A DNA stretch of 64,000 bases from the NCBI GenBank assembly GCA_026770705.1, contig JANJGN010000013.1, positions 129,580,001-129,644,000 on the forward strand, in the 5' to 3' direction. Of the stretch, positions 39,778 through 52,897 are shown in pieces (positions within the stretch are counted from its first letter, which is position 1; every line of letters begins with the position of its first letter). A program made the translations under genes and the position numbers. The notes below the pieces were generated by a model. It was not told the origin of the DNA, did not search any database, and saw only the letters and a list, made by a program, of their open reading frames with translations. The stretch comes from Isurus oxyrinchus. Its lineage: Eukaryota.

Positions 39778-42700
39778 CATGAATAAGACCTTAAGAAATA
39801 GGAGCAGAAATTAGGCCATTCGGCCCATCGAGTCTGCTCCACCATTCAATCATGGCTGATAAGTTTCTCAACCCCATTCTTCCGCCTTCTCCCCATAACC
39901 TTTGATCCCCTTACCAATCAAGAACCTATCTATCTCGGTCTTAAATACACTCAATGACCTGGCCTCCACAGCCTTCTGTGGCAATGAATTCCATAGATTC
40001 ACCACTCTCTGGCTAAAGAAGTTTCTCCTCATCTCTGTTCTAAAAGGTCTTCCCTTTACTCTGAGGCTGTGCCCTCGGGTCCTAGTCTCTCCTACTAATG
40101 GAAACATCTTCACCACGTCCACTCTATCCAGGCCTTTCAGTATTCTGTAAGTTTCAATCAGTTCCCCCCTCAACTTCTAAACTTTATTGAGTATTGACCC
40201 AGAGTCCTCAAACGTTCCTCATATGTTAAGCCTTTCATTCCTGGGATCATTCTCGTGAACCTCCTCTGGACCCTCTCCAGGGCCAGCACATCCTTCCTGA
40301 GATACGGGGCCCATAATTGCTCACAATATTCTAAATGTGGTCTGACCAGAGCCTTTTAAAGCCTCAGCAGCACATCCCTGCCTTTATATTCTAGTCCTCT
40401 CGAAATAAATGCCTTCCTAACTACCAACTCAACCTGCAAGTTAGCCTTAAGAGAATCCTGGACTAGGACTCCCAAGTCCCTTTGCACTCCAGATTTCTAA
40501 ATTCTCTCCCCATTTAGAAAATAGTCTATGCCTCTATTCTCCCTATCAAAGTGCATGACCTCAGACTTCACCACATTGTATTCCATCTGCCACTGCTTTG
40601 CCCATTCTCCGAAACTGTCCAAATCCTTCTGCAGCCTCCCTGCCTCCTCAATACTACCTGTCCCTCCACCTATCTTTGTATCATCTGCAAACTTAGCCTG
40701 AATGCCCTCAGTTCCTTCATCTAGATCCATTAATGTATAAAGTGAAAAGTTGTGGTCTCAACACTGACCCCTGCGGAACTCCACTAGTCACCGGCTGCCA
40801 TCCTGAGAAGGACCCCCTTATCCCCATTCTCTGCCTCCTGCCAGACAGCCAATCTTCTATCCACGCTAGTACCTTGCCTCTAACACTATGGGCTCTTATC
40901 TTACTGAGCAGCCTCCTGTGCGGCACTTTGTCAAAGGACTACTGGAAGTCCAAGTAGATAACATCCATTGGCTCCCCTTTGTCTAACCTACTCGTTACCT
41001 CCTCAAAGAATTCTAACAGATTTGTCAGGCATGACCTCCCCTTGATGAAACCATGCTGACTTTGCCCAATTTTACCATGCACTTCCAAGTATTCTGAAAT
41101 CTCATCCTTAATAATGGACTCTAAAATCTTACCAATGACTGAGGTCAGGCTAATCGGCCTGTAAGTTCCCATCTTTTGCCTCACTCCCTTCATAAACAGG
41201 GAGTTACATTAACGATTTTCCAGTCCTCTGGGACCCTCCCTGACTCCAGTGATTTCTGAAAGATCACCACTAACACCTCCACTCTCTCTGCAGCTATCTC
41301 CTTCAGAACTCTGGGGTGTAATCCATCTGGTCCAGGTGATTTATCCACCTTCAGACCTTTCAGTTTTCCTAGCACCTTCTCCTTGGTAATGACCACCATA
41401 CTCATCTCTGCCCCCCGACTCTCTTGAACTTTGGGGATGTCACTCGTGTCTTCCACTGTGAAGACTGACGCAAAGTACCTATTCAGTTCCTCCGCCATTT
41501 CTTTGATCCCCACTACTACTTCTCCATCGTCATTTTCCAGTGGCCCAATGTCCACTTTTGCCTCTCTCTTATCCTTTATATATCTAAAAAAAACTCTTGC
41601 AATCTTCTTTTATATTACTGGCTAGTTTACCCTCGTTTTTAATCTTCTCCCTCCTTATTTCTTTTTTAGTTGTCCTCTATTGGGCTTTGTAGGCTTCCCA
41701 ATCTCTGGTTTCCCACTGCTCTTTGCCGCATTGTATGCTTTCTCTTTAGCTTTTTATGCTGTCCCTGACTTCCCTTGTCAGCCATGGTTGCCTCGTCCTC
41801 CCTTTAGTATGCTTCTTCTTCCTAGGGATGAATTTTTGCTGTGTCTCCCAAATTACTCCCAGAAACTCCTGCCATTGCTGTTCCATTGTCTTTCCTGCTA
41901 GGCTCATCTCCCAGTCAATTCTGGCCAGCTCCTCCCTCATGCCTCTGTAGTTGCCTTTATAATACCGTTACATCTGATTCCAGCTTTTTCCTCTCAAATT
42001 GCAGGGTAAATTCTATCAGATTATGGTCACTTCCTCCTAAGGGTTCCTTCACCTTAAGCTCCCTTATCAAATCTGCCTCATTACACATCACTAAATCTAG
42101 AATTGCCTGTTCCCTGGTGGGCTCCACCACAAGCTGCTCTAAAAAGCCATCTCATAGACATTCCACAAATTCCTTTTCTTGGGATCCACTACCAACCTGA
42201 TTTTCCCAGTCTACCTGCATATTGAAATCCCCCATGATCACTGTAACCTTGCCTTTCTTACACACCTTTTCTATCTCCTGGTGTATCTTGTGCCCCACAT
42301 CCTGACTACTGTTCGGAGGCCTGTACATAACTCCCATTATGGTTTCCTTACCTTTGCGGTTCCTCAACTCAACCCACACAGATTCTACATCATCTGACCT
42401 TACATCATTTCTTGCTATCGATTTAATTTCATTTCTTACTAACAAAGCAACCCCACCCCCACTGCCAACCTGCCTATCTTTTCGATAGGATGTATATCCT
42501 TGGATACTTAGGTCCCAGTCCTGATCCCCTTGCAGCCTTGTCTCCGTAATGCCCACCACATCATACCTGCCAATTTCAATCTGCACCAGAAGCTCATTTA
42601 CCTTATTTCGTATACTGCGTGCATTTAGATACAACGCCTTTAGTCCTGTATTTCCCATCCCCTTTCTCATTGTCGTCCCTTTATCTGATGTGCTTGAAGT

Positions 42701-42890
42701 TAGATTCCTAGCCCTTTCCAAAAACTCTGTCCTATTTTGTGTCCTGGCTCTCCTTTCTTTTCAATTTTTTCATAATTTCCATGAAGTTGAATCCACACCC
42801 CCACCCACCCCCCCCTCCCACATGCTAACCTGCTGCTTTGTTTCCCATTAGTCATACTTCTTGGAGTTTTACCCCCCTCCCCCCCCCCAC
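39778..42890 (-). mobile_element. Relatively young CR1 LINE with near-complete ORF2 (APE + RT), frameshifted
   Basis: YLNARSIRNK, VVGITET, MYRPPN and IMGDFN (APE); SPGPDGLHPRVLKE, YRPISLTSV, QHGF, PQGSVL and KFADDTK (RT); CR1 3' UTR at ~39780. Confidence 0.95.
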
Positions 42891-43629
42891 ACTTTCTAAT
42901 ATCAAAGAGCAAAACAGCCCAACCATTACATCCTGGGGACATTACAAAGCACCATATGCTGAGCTCCAGACAGTTGATCTTTCAAGTACACAACTGTGTG
43001 TGGACAAAAGGAGAAAAGATGTGGTTTGTTTTTTAAACAATGGGGGACTGAAAATAAACGAAAGGAAAAATTGCATCTGTCCCAGTAGGATAAAAGGCAG
43101 CAGCACTGGGATTATAAGGTGCTTTAATATTCAATTATACAACTGTGTCATGCTTTTCCCATTTAAATAACAGATTTAAAATGTGAAAAAGAATGGAAGA
43201 GTCACAGAAAACTGTCACTCCAAAATGCTGAATTCCAGATCACAAGAACAGAATCTAAGTGTAGACTTCCCTGCAAAGTGAGTTTCCTGATTTGGGCCAT
43301 GCTATAAGGGCCTGCTGTACAGATAGCAGATATTTTTCCACAGGATGAAAGCAAAAACTGGAGACAGAATTCATGTCAGGCCACCTTTGGAAAGTCCCCA
43401 TGCTGGTCCAAATTCTCTATGATGTATAATAGCACAAAGTGGTCACAAGAGAGAAAGGTGAAAATTTATAAAATACCTTTTAAGGTAGGATGATGATATT
43501 GAGGTGTCAAACAAGGGAATAGAAGTAATAACTGTTAATAACCATGAATACTTAAAATAATTTTAGATAGGATATTATGACCTTTTCACTAGACAGATAT
43601 TTACCAATTTGTATTGGATGAGATTGATT

Positions 43630-45040
43630 GTTGAACTCACTGACATCGCTGCAGGAGTTCCTTCGGACAGCGTCCTATATGCAACCATCTTCAGTTGCTT
43701 CATCAATGACCTTCCCTCCATCATAAGGTCAGAACTGGGGATGTTTTCTAATGACTGCACAACGTTCAGTGCCATTTGTAACTCCTCAATCTGTGCCCAC
43801 ATTCAGCAAGAACTGGACAAGATTCAAACTTGGGCTGATAAATGGAAAGTAATAATCATGCCACACAAGTACCAGGCAATGACCATATAAAAAGATAGAG
43901 AATCAAGCCACCTTCCTTTGATATTCAACAACAACTTACATTTATATAGCCTTTAGCATTATGAAACATCCCAAGGTGCTTTACAGGAGCATTATAAAAC
44001 AAAGTATGACACTGAGCTACAAAAGGACTATTATGTCAGGTGACCAAAAAGGTCAACGGGTTTTAAATAATGTCTTAAAGGAGGAAAGTGAATTAGAGAG
44101 GTGGAGAGATTTAGGGAGGTATTCTAGAGTTTGGGGCTTAGGAAACTGAAGGCATGGCTACCAATGGTGGAACGGTCAAAATTGGGGATACACAGGAAGC
44201 CAGCATGAGGTATCTCAGAGAACTGTGAAGCTGGAGGAGATTACAGAGTTAGGGGGAGCCAAGGCCAGAGGAGATTTGAAATCGAGGATGAGAATTTTAA
44301 AATCAAGATGTTGCTTGAATATAGGTAGGCGAGTACAACTTTCAGCAGCATAACCATCACTGAACTTCCACCATCAACATCCTGTGGGTCATCATGGACC
44401 AGAAACTTAACTGAACCAGCCATAAATCTTGAGGGTAGAAGATTAGGACAGGGGTTGATATTCTGTGATGAGTAACTTATGTCCTGACTCCCAAAAGCCT
44501 TTCTTCCATTTAGAAGACAGAATTCAGGCAGTTGATGGAATACTCTCCCCTTGCCTGGAAATTGCATCTACAAATGCACTCAAGAAGCTCAACATCATCC
44601 AGGTCAAAGCAGCCCACTTGACTGACATCCCTTCCATCATCTCAAACATTCACTCCCTCCACCACTGCAGCAACACTGTTGTAGTGCGTACTATCTTCAT
44701 GATGTAATGCAACAATGCACCAAGATTTCTTCAACCAAACCCGCAACCTTTACCACCGAGAAGAACAAGGGGAGTTGATGCATGATAACACCAAATCTCC
44801 AAATTCCCCTCCAAGTCACACACCATTTAACTTGAAAATATATTAAAATTCCCTCATCATCACCAAGTCAAAATCCTTGAACTCACAATCTATTGGGACT
44901 GTGGGTGTACCTACACCACATGGACTGCAGCAGTTCAAGAAGGCAGTTCACCATCACACTCTCAAGAGCAATTAAGGATGGGCAATAAATGCTGGCCTTG
45001 CCAGCAACACCCACACCCTGTGAACAAATAAAAAGAAAAT
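43630..45040 (+). mobile_element. CR1/L2-group LINE 3' half, interrupted by an antisense L2 fragment (~43930-44330)
   Basis: AGVPSDSVL...FINDLPSIIRSE and NIHSLHH; shared tail and A-rich end at ~45030. Confidence 0.82.
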
Positions 45041-45423
45041 TTTGCTCGATGGTAAATCTCTTCTCTTAGTGCTCACACAGAGAAAAAACGGGTTCTTTAA
45101 ATGCAACAGTTGTACAACAACTTTTAATTTATAAAGGCACAAAGGTGCTATGTAAATGGTGGGGGAGAGGAGTGTAAGATGGAAGATATTGGATAATGAA
45201 CAGGAATTGGGAGAAAGATTAATGACGCTGACCAAAAGGCATGATTGAAGACAGGTTTTATTGAAGTGTTTGAAATGATGTGATATGTCGGAAAGTAGAG
45301 GAGATTAGGAACCAATTTCATAAGTGCAGGGCTCTGATTAGCTGATTAGCAGTGCAACCACCATTGGGGTGGAAGGAGAAGGCTTTGTACAATAACTCTG
45401 ATTCAGAAGAAGAACAGAAGTAA

Positions 45424-46051
45424 AAACAAAAAAACTGCGGATGCTGGAAATCCAAAACAAAAACAAAAACAGAATTACCTGGAAAAACTCAGCAGGTCTG
45501 GCAGCATCGGCAGAGAAGAAAAGAGTTGACGTTTCGAGTCCTCATGACCCTTCGACAGAACTTGAGTTCGAGTCCAAGAAAGAGTTAAAATATAAGCTGG
45601 TTTAAGGTGTGTGTGTGTGGGGCGGAGAGAGAGAGAGAGAGAGAGAGAAGTGGAGTGGGGGTGTGGTTGTAGGGACAAACAAGCAGTGATAGAAGCAGAT
45701 CATCAAAAGATGTCAACAACAATAGAACAAAAGAACACATAGGTGTTAAAGTTGGTGATATTATATAATATCACCAACTTTAACACCTATGTGTTCTTTT
45801 GTTCTATTGTTGTTGACATCTTTTGATGATCTGCTTCTATCACTGCTTGTTTGTCCCTACAACCACACCCCCACTCCACCTCTCTCTCTCTCTCTCTCTC
45901 TCTCCGCCCCCCACACACACACACCTTAAACCAGCTTATATTTCAACTCTTTCTTGGACTCGAACTCAAATTCTGTCGAAGGGTCATGAGGACTCGAAAC
46001 GTCAACTCTTTTCTTCTCCGCCGATGCTGCCAGACCTGCTGAGTTTTTCCA
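45424..46051. mobile_element. Penelope-like insertion with an inverted pLTR: spacer-less palindrome 45480-46051 centred at 45764/45765
   Basis: Arms of ~285 bp with only a few substitutions and microsatellite indels; unpaired ~56-nt tail at 45424-45479; direct repeat aagaacagaagtaa at 45410-45423 and 46051-46064. Confidence 0.88.
45524..45562 (-). ncRNA. Hammerhead ribozyme-like motif with variant core CUGUCGA; mirror copy on + at 45969-46007
   Basis: AGTT-CTGTCGA-A-GGGTC atgag GACTC-GAAAC-GTC-AACT. Confidence 0.6.
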
Positions 46052-47246
46052 AGAACAGAAGTAAGCCTGGGATATATAACTGGAGGAAGAAAGATAAATT
46101 GCAGATTCTAAATTAAGGTGAGAATTTTGAAATCAATGTGCTAGGGCAGAAGGAACCAGAGTAGGACAGTGAGGTCAAGGGTGATATGTGAGCATGACGT
46201 AATGGGATAGGATGTGGTTGGCAGAGTTCTGGATGAGTTGGAGTTGTAGTAGGGTGGAATTTGAGACCAATGGAGAAGTCAATTTTGAAGGTGACAATGA
46301 CATGGGTTAGGGGTTTCAAAGGTAGTGGAGGTGAGGCAAAATCACATCGAGCAATATTCAAGAGAACATCTTGATGTGTGATTTGATGGTCACTCACACT
46401 AAAGTAGACTACTGAGGTTGCACAGCGTCCTCAGTCATAGAAGGAGTTAGAATCTTAGCCTAAGATATAAAACTTCTGGTGAAAGCCAATACGGTAGCTA
46501 GTGTTAGTAACTGGAGGAAGTTCTGGTTCATGCACAATGTCACACACCACACCAGTGTAAATATGGAAGCTCACCCTGTGCTTACACATGCTGTCAAACA
46601 TATAGACATATGAAACTGATGGGAAAGAACAGGCTAGCTGATCTATCAAACCTGCACCATTTTCAGGATGGCTGGAGCATTATGACTCTCACCAACAGGC
46701 AGCACTTATATAAGGAATAGAAAAGCTAGGAGAATGGAACATTGTGGCGTGTTAGCCCTGACTGTATTAGCGTAGAGAAAAAGCCATTGCAGATGTGCTG
46801 GTAAATTGGGACATGTATGAGCGAAACAACAAAACAGTAGTACCATGGAGGTAGACCATTGAATGGAAGGACTGCCGAAGGACAGAGTTGGTCTATCAAA
46901 TCAAACGCTGCAGCGAGGTTTTGAAAAGGATGATAAAGGATATGACAGCACAGTTGCAGTCAAATAGGACATTATTGGTGGCTTTGACCAAGGTAGTCTT
47001 GACGCTGTGTCAGGCTGATGGGATGTGAATGGCAAATGATAAGAGAGATAAACTCAAGGCATTCAAACAGATGTCCTCAATGTTTAAGCAAATTCAATAA
47101 AATGTATTTGGCACATTTTAACTGAAACCCACAACCAATTCCACTTTATTAATAATTCTGGAAAGGTTCCCAAAGTGTTTAAGAAAAAAAATTACGAATT
47201 CATTATGTCCAATCCTTTACATGGGTCTCTGTCAGAGAATTCTTAC

Positions 47247-47343
47247 CAATCGGATCATTTCTTCAAATGCTTGTTCAGTTACAAAATGATAATCATGTCC
47301 ATCCTCTTCTCCAAAATATGGACTTCGGCTTGTATGACAGATA
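47247..47343 (-). CDS. LRGUK: LRGUK internal exon, GK-like domain, GMP-binding region: (G)ICHTSRSPYFGEEDGHDYHFVTEQAFEEMIRL
   Basis: Minus strand: pyrimidine tract ttttcttttctag acceptor and gtaaga donor; 97 nt, phase 2 to 0. The peptide matches recalled mammalian LRGUK 'ACHTTRPPYFGEGDRVDYHFISQDVFDEMVNM'. Confidence 0.93.
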
Positions 47344-50229
47344 CTAGAAAAGAAAAGTTAAAATATAGGCTTCTATAAATCATTTTGCTAATACAGGGCC
47401 CTGATGTGAATTTGCATTACCAGACAGGCCGCTCTGAAGGTACTTGATTCCAGATGGATCTGTGTAACAGATGTAAAAATAAAAGGAAATAGCTTGTTTA
47501 AAAAACCAGATCTCTTGACAAATATTGACAGGAATAAGCAGACTGCACTTGGACCGTTTTCTCTTATAGAACCATCAACTTAATTTATATTTTGTTAAAT
47601 TTCAAACTCATCAAATTGCTGGTTTTTGTTGCTTTTTGCAGCTAATGCTGCTATCAGGCAGACTCAGGTCAGGCACAATACAATGCAGAGAGACAAAATG
47701 CTCTGGTTGTTATGTGTAGTCACATCGTAAATGCATTTGAAAATAATATGTTTACAATTTTGCTAAGTCATAATCTATGAGTACAACAGTAATAATTCTA
47801 AAGCATGAAAACTGTTTTCATTACTAGAGTGCTTCATCCAAAATCATGTTGAAATTAGGGTCTGGTGATCATTTGTTTTTTAAAAGCTGAGTCTAAAAAT
47901 TTTGAATAGCCTGAGAGTCGGTGCATAATTTTCAAAGTGAACCTTCTAACCCTTTTTCATTTTTAGTGAAACCAAATTTACTTTGACTTTTGCCTTCCTA
48001 GAAAAGGAAAAATAAACAAACACTAACCAGTGAAGAAGAACACATTTACAATGTTGCTGCATGTAGTGACAGAAGAATTGGTCCCACAATATGCCATAAC
48101 TTCAATTTCGAAAAGTGTCCCTCGTGCAACATTTCATTTTCTGTACCAATCACCCCCATGGCCTCCCTGGGTGAGATGCTATCTTGTTGCCAATTAGTAA
48201 TGTATAATGGGCAGTGTTGTGCTGTTGCTCCATTCCCAATTGGGCCTGGCTTGAGTTTTGGCTCAAATTCATTAACAGAGAAAGACAGAAGACTTTCATT
48301 ACATCAACCTGGGCTAGTTTTGAATCTAAGTATCAAAGATGAAAGAATAGTGATAGAACCCACTGAACCACTTGTCTCCTCTGCCTTTTCTCAATAGCTA
48401 TATTTCAAGAAACTTTACTGTGTCTGGACGTGAGGGGTGCTGAATCAAAAGGGAAACAGATGTCCTCATACAAATTAGTCTTTTGGTTAAACTGACATAA
48501 AGAGAACAAAAGACATTTGTCTCAGATGTGCACAGTAGCCACTGGTAATGTACAGCACTTGATTCCAAAACTACAGGTAGCAAGCAGTGTTTCAAAAGGT
48601 GCCATTGCAAATTCAAAATACTTTAACAAAATGAACAAAAACTGCACAAGCAAAATGTAGGTCACTTGGTGATTGTAAAAATCTTACTTTCAAAGACTTT
48701 TTATAAAAAGTATAGTTATATAGTCAAGGCTTTCAGTGCAGTGTTGAACAGACTCTGTGACACTTTGATGCAAGATGCCAACATGGTTACTGTCTTTTTT
48801 TTATTTTATAAAATTGCCAAGACCAACCACACTGGCAAAACATTTGGTAAATACTACGTTCTCCAAAGCCAATTACAACCCTCACACTTTCAGGATAATT
48901 CATGACTTTATTCTGGCTTTAATTCATGTGTTTGATAACCTTAGGAGAAAAGATTATGATATTGTATAATTAGGGGACTTGAATCCAACTGGCTTCAAGA
49001 AACTGGTACATCATATCCAGAGCATCGACATGGTGGATAAAACCATGTGAATTACAGTCCAATTAAAAAGGGGCAAGACAGAAAATGATGAAGGACAACA
49101 TGTGATCTTTTGTAATTTAATTGAAGATCTGCCATCTAATACAGACAGAAGGGAATTAGCAGAAGCAAGCTGTTGCAGAAATCTTAGCTAATGTATTTAC
49201 TTCTTGTACCTGGAAGCATTCAGTGGAATAGGTGTATACAAAAAAACACATTAATGAAACAAAAGGAACTGAATATCAAATACAGTATCAGAAGTTCAAT
49301 CCTGTCATATACAACAAGCCAGAGTGAAAGAAAAAGTTTACAATTAACCAAATTTATGTACAAGATCTATACTTATGAGTTCCCAGTAAAATCTCAATTT
49401 ACTACATATAATAGTCTGATTGTAAAATAAAGAGAATAATGGATTGCTTTGAATGAATTCCATATCAATTATTAAATCATTTGGTTTAGTTGATATGTTA
49501 ACTACAAAGGCGAAACTCACCTTAGCCTCTCAGGATTAGTGGATCAAAATTCATTTAAAAGTACTTATAACTATTTATAACAGTAAAAACTACATGTCTT
49601 AGGGCAAAGAATGGCTGAAAGCAATGTTCGCAGGAACAGTGACACTTAGGGAGTGAGCACAAAAGACCAATGTGTAGAAGAGAAAGATCTGGCTACAGAT
49701 GAAGCCAGTAAGCATGGCGTAAACTATACAGCATGACTTAGGATAAAAAATTGAGAATAATATGTAAAGTGATCGAAGACTTGGAAAATCACATGGTGAA
49801 TAAGAAATAGGGATACGGGAAGCTTTGTTGAGAAAAATGTACAGAAGAAAAAGCTATTTAATGGGAAAGGGGAGTAATGTAGAGAATGTGCAGAAGATTT
49901 TAAGAGATATAACACTGAAATGTAGGAAACGTGGTAGTTAATTTGCACACAGCAAGCTCCTACAAACTCATCCATTTGCCACAGTTTTGCCCTTTCACTT
50001 AATCTATTAATATCCCTTTGTAATTTTTTACGCTTCCATCTGCACAGTTTACAATACCGCCTATCTCTGTCTCATCAGCAAACTTGGCTCTCTATCCCAC
50101 ATCTAAGTTATTAATAAATACGGTGAATAGTCGAGGCCCCAACACTGATCCCTGTGGGACACCACCAGTCACAACTTGCCAATTAGGGTACCTCTAGAAA
50201 AAACTGATCATCTGAATCACTTATCTCAT

Positions 50230-50562
50230 TGTGTGTCCTCGCTCTGAGAAGATTGGCTGCCATATTTATGATAATCTGTTTTTGTAATGTTGATTGAGAT
50301 ATTAATATTGACCCGGGCTCCAGGATAACCCCTTTGCTCTTCTTTGAAATAATGCCATGGGATCTTTTATATCCACTGGAAAGGGTAGACAGGGCCTCGG
50401 TTTAAAGTTTCATCTGGAAGATGACATCTCAGGCAGTGCAACATTACCTCAGCATGGCACTGGATTGTCAGCCTTAATTTTTGTGCTCAAGCCCTGGGGT
50501 GGATTTTGAATGCACAACATTTGGACTCAGAGATTGGAGTGCTACCAACTAAGCCACAGTTG
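50230..50562 (-). mobile_element. Deu-domain tRNA-derived SINE
   Basis: gccatgggatctttt...gggcctcggtttaa...catctggaagatgac...gtgctaccaactaagccac. Confidence 0.65.
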
Positions 50563-51534
50563 ACGTCATGTGACCAAGGTACTAAACTGACTGCAAACAC
50601 TGCGGTCCATGGAAATACAACCTAACAAGAAGTTAATGTGATTTGGAGGGAGACGGAAGAAATAGGGGAGTAAAATGAATAGCAGGCAAAATTTTCACAA
50701 GTATTTCACAAACTAAACTTCTTCAATCGCCCTGGAAATGCTTAACTCAATAAGCTGCAGAGTGAGATACTTTAACAGCAGGTCTAGTAGGAAAGTCGGA
50801 AAGGGAATGTGAGTTTAGTTGAAGGACTGTCCTTTTTCCCTCTGCCATCTGGTGGGAATCCAGCCTAGACTGATGGAATGTTTGTGCTTTCTCTCTGACA
50901 GCTGCATGAAGAGTGGTGAGTTTGAGCAATCCTAATGCAGTTGCTAGTGGTTGTGAGTCAACATCATGATACTAGCCATATTTCCACACTAATAGTTGTC
51001 ACACTCACTCTTATGTTTCTATCATGTTAGTACTACCAGCTCCAAAGTGCGACTATCACAGCTAGAAGCGATCGAAAAGCAAGCTTGCAACTTTCAGTAG
51101 AGATAGTGAATCCAGCAAGTTGATTAAGGCGTGGCTGCTGGCTACAGAATACCCATATATCGGGAGCTAGAGGCACTAATGCAGCCATATTTTCCTAACA
51201 TGGCAACTGGATAACATTCAACATCAAATATAAGGAGTTCTGACCAACACTACAAGAGTTCAAGTTCAGTTTTCCTAATAATAACAGCAAGATTGAACTT
51301 GCATATCGTTCCTATCACAAGCTCAGGGCTTCCCAAATACATCACAGTCAATGGAGGTACTTTTGAAGTGTATTCACTATTGTAATGTAGGGAAACATGG
51401 CAGCCAATCAGCACACAGCAAATGTGCACAATGAGGTAAATGATTCACATCATCAGTTTTTTCTAGAGGTTCTCTAATTAGAAGGTACTCCAACTGGTGG
51501 TGTCCCACAGGGATCTGTGTTGGGGCCTCAATTA

Positions 51535-52225
51535 TTCATCCATTCATTTTCATACCACTTCTCCTGGTGAGAGTCGTGGTGGCAATAAGCTGAGCAGGGC
51601 CAACTAGACTTCCCTTTCCTCAGTCACAGATTCCAGCTCCTCCTGGTCGATTCCCAGGTGTTCTCAGGCCGGCCGAGAGATATAATCCCTCCAGCATGTC
51701 CTGGGTTGGCCTTGAGGTCTCCGCCTAGTGGCCCATGCCCGGTACAGCTCCAGCAGGAGCCTACCAGGGGGCAGCCTTATCAGATGCCCGAACAACCTCA
51801 ACTGGTCCCCCTCAATTGGAGGAGCAGCGACTCTACTCCAAGGCTCTCACGGATTGTTGAACTCCTCACCCTGTCCCAGACAGTACATCCAGCAGCCCTG
51901 CAGAGGAACCTCATTTCCGCTGCTTATACCTGCAATCTTATCCTTTTGATCATTACCCACAGTTCATGACCATAGGTGAGGATGGGGACGTAGATCGACC
52001 GGTAAACCAGGAGCTTCGTCCTAAAACTCAGCTCCCACTTCACCACCACGGGCTGGTAGAGCACCCGCAGAACTGCAGCCGCAGCTCCAATCTGCTGGTC
52101 ACTCTCATGCTCCCCCCTGCCATCAGTCATGAACAAGATCCCGAGATAATTGAACTCTTCCACTAAAGGATGCTGTTCCTCCCTCAGATTTGGAGGTGCT
52201 GACCTGCATCTCAGCCGTGTCACAG
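51535..52225 (-). mobile_element. Rex3/Expander-like RTE LINE 3' fragment
   Basis: VEEFNYLGILFMTDG...IGAAAAVLR...YRSIYVPILTYGHELWVM; (atgg/atga) microsatellite tail at ~51535-51547. Confidence 0.82.
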
Positions 52226-52563
52226 AAAATTACCAGAAGGCTAATGGAATTCTGGTCTTTACATCTGGAGGGCTAGAATACAAAGAGTTAGAAGTCATGC
52301 TGTAGCTATTAAAAACCCTGGTTAGAGCACACCTGGAGTACAGTTCTGACTACCACACCTTAGGAAGGATATACTGGCAGTAGATTCCCTGGACTTTAGA
52401 AGTTAAGGGTGATTTAATTGAACTTTTCATGATATTAAGGGGAATTGATAGAGTAGATAGAAACTATTTTCCTGTTTAGGAAATCTAAGACAAGGGCACA
52501 AAGCCAAAAAATTAGAGCCAAGCCTTTCAGGATTGGAATTAGGAAAATCTTCTACACATTTAT

Positions 52564-52897
52564 GGGGAGGTGGTGACGCAGTGGTAATTTCGCTGAACTA
52601 GTAATCCAGAGGCCCAGGTTAATGTTCTGGGGACATGAGTTCAAATTTAAATAAGATCTGGAATTTTAAGTAATGGTAACCATTAAACTATTATCATTAA
52701 TTGTTGCAAAAATCCATCTGCTTCACTAATGTCCTTTAAGAAAGGAAATCTACCATCCTTACCTGGTCTGCCCTACACGTGACTCCAGACCTATAGCCAT
52801 GTGGCTGACTGCTTTCTGAAATGGCCTAGCAACTCAGTTCAAGGGCAAGTAGGGATAGGCAACAAATGCTGGCCTTGCCAGTGATGCCCATGTCCAT
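52564..52897 (+). mobile_element. tRNA-derived SINE with a LINE-derived tail
   Basis: gtggtgacgcagtggt (A box) and gagttcaaat (B box), with the same body and tail as 8332. Confidence 0.82.

Noticed and set aside
45475-46116. Mirror-image ORFs 45475..45678(-), 45823..46116(+) and 45851..46042(+)
   Set aside because: By-products of the palindrome and the (GA)n/(GT)n microsatellites; no protein features.
52564-52650. tRNA gene
   Set aside because: Only A/B-box remnants of a SINE head; no cloverleaf.
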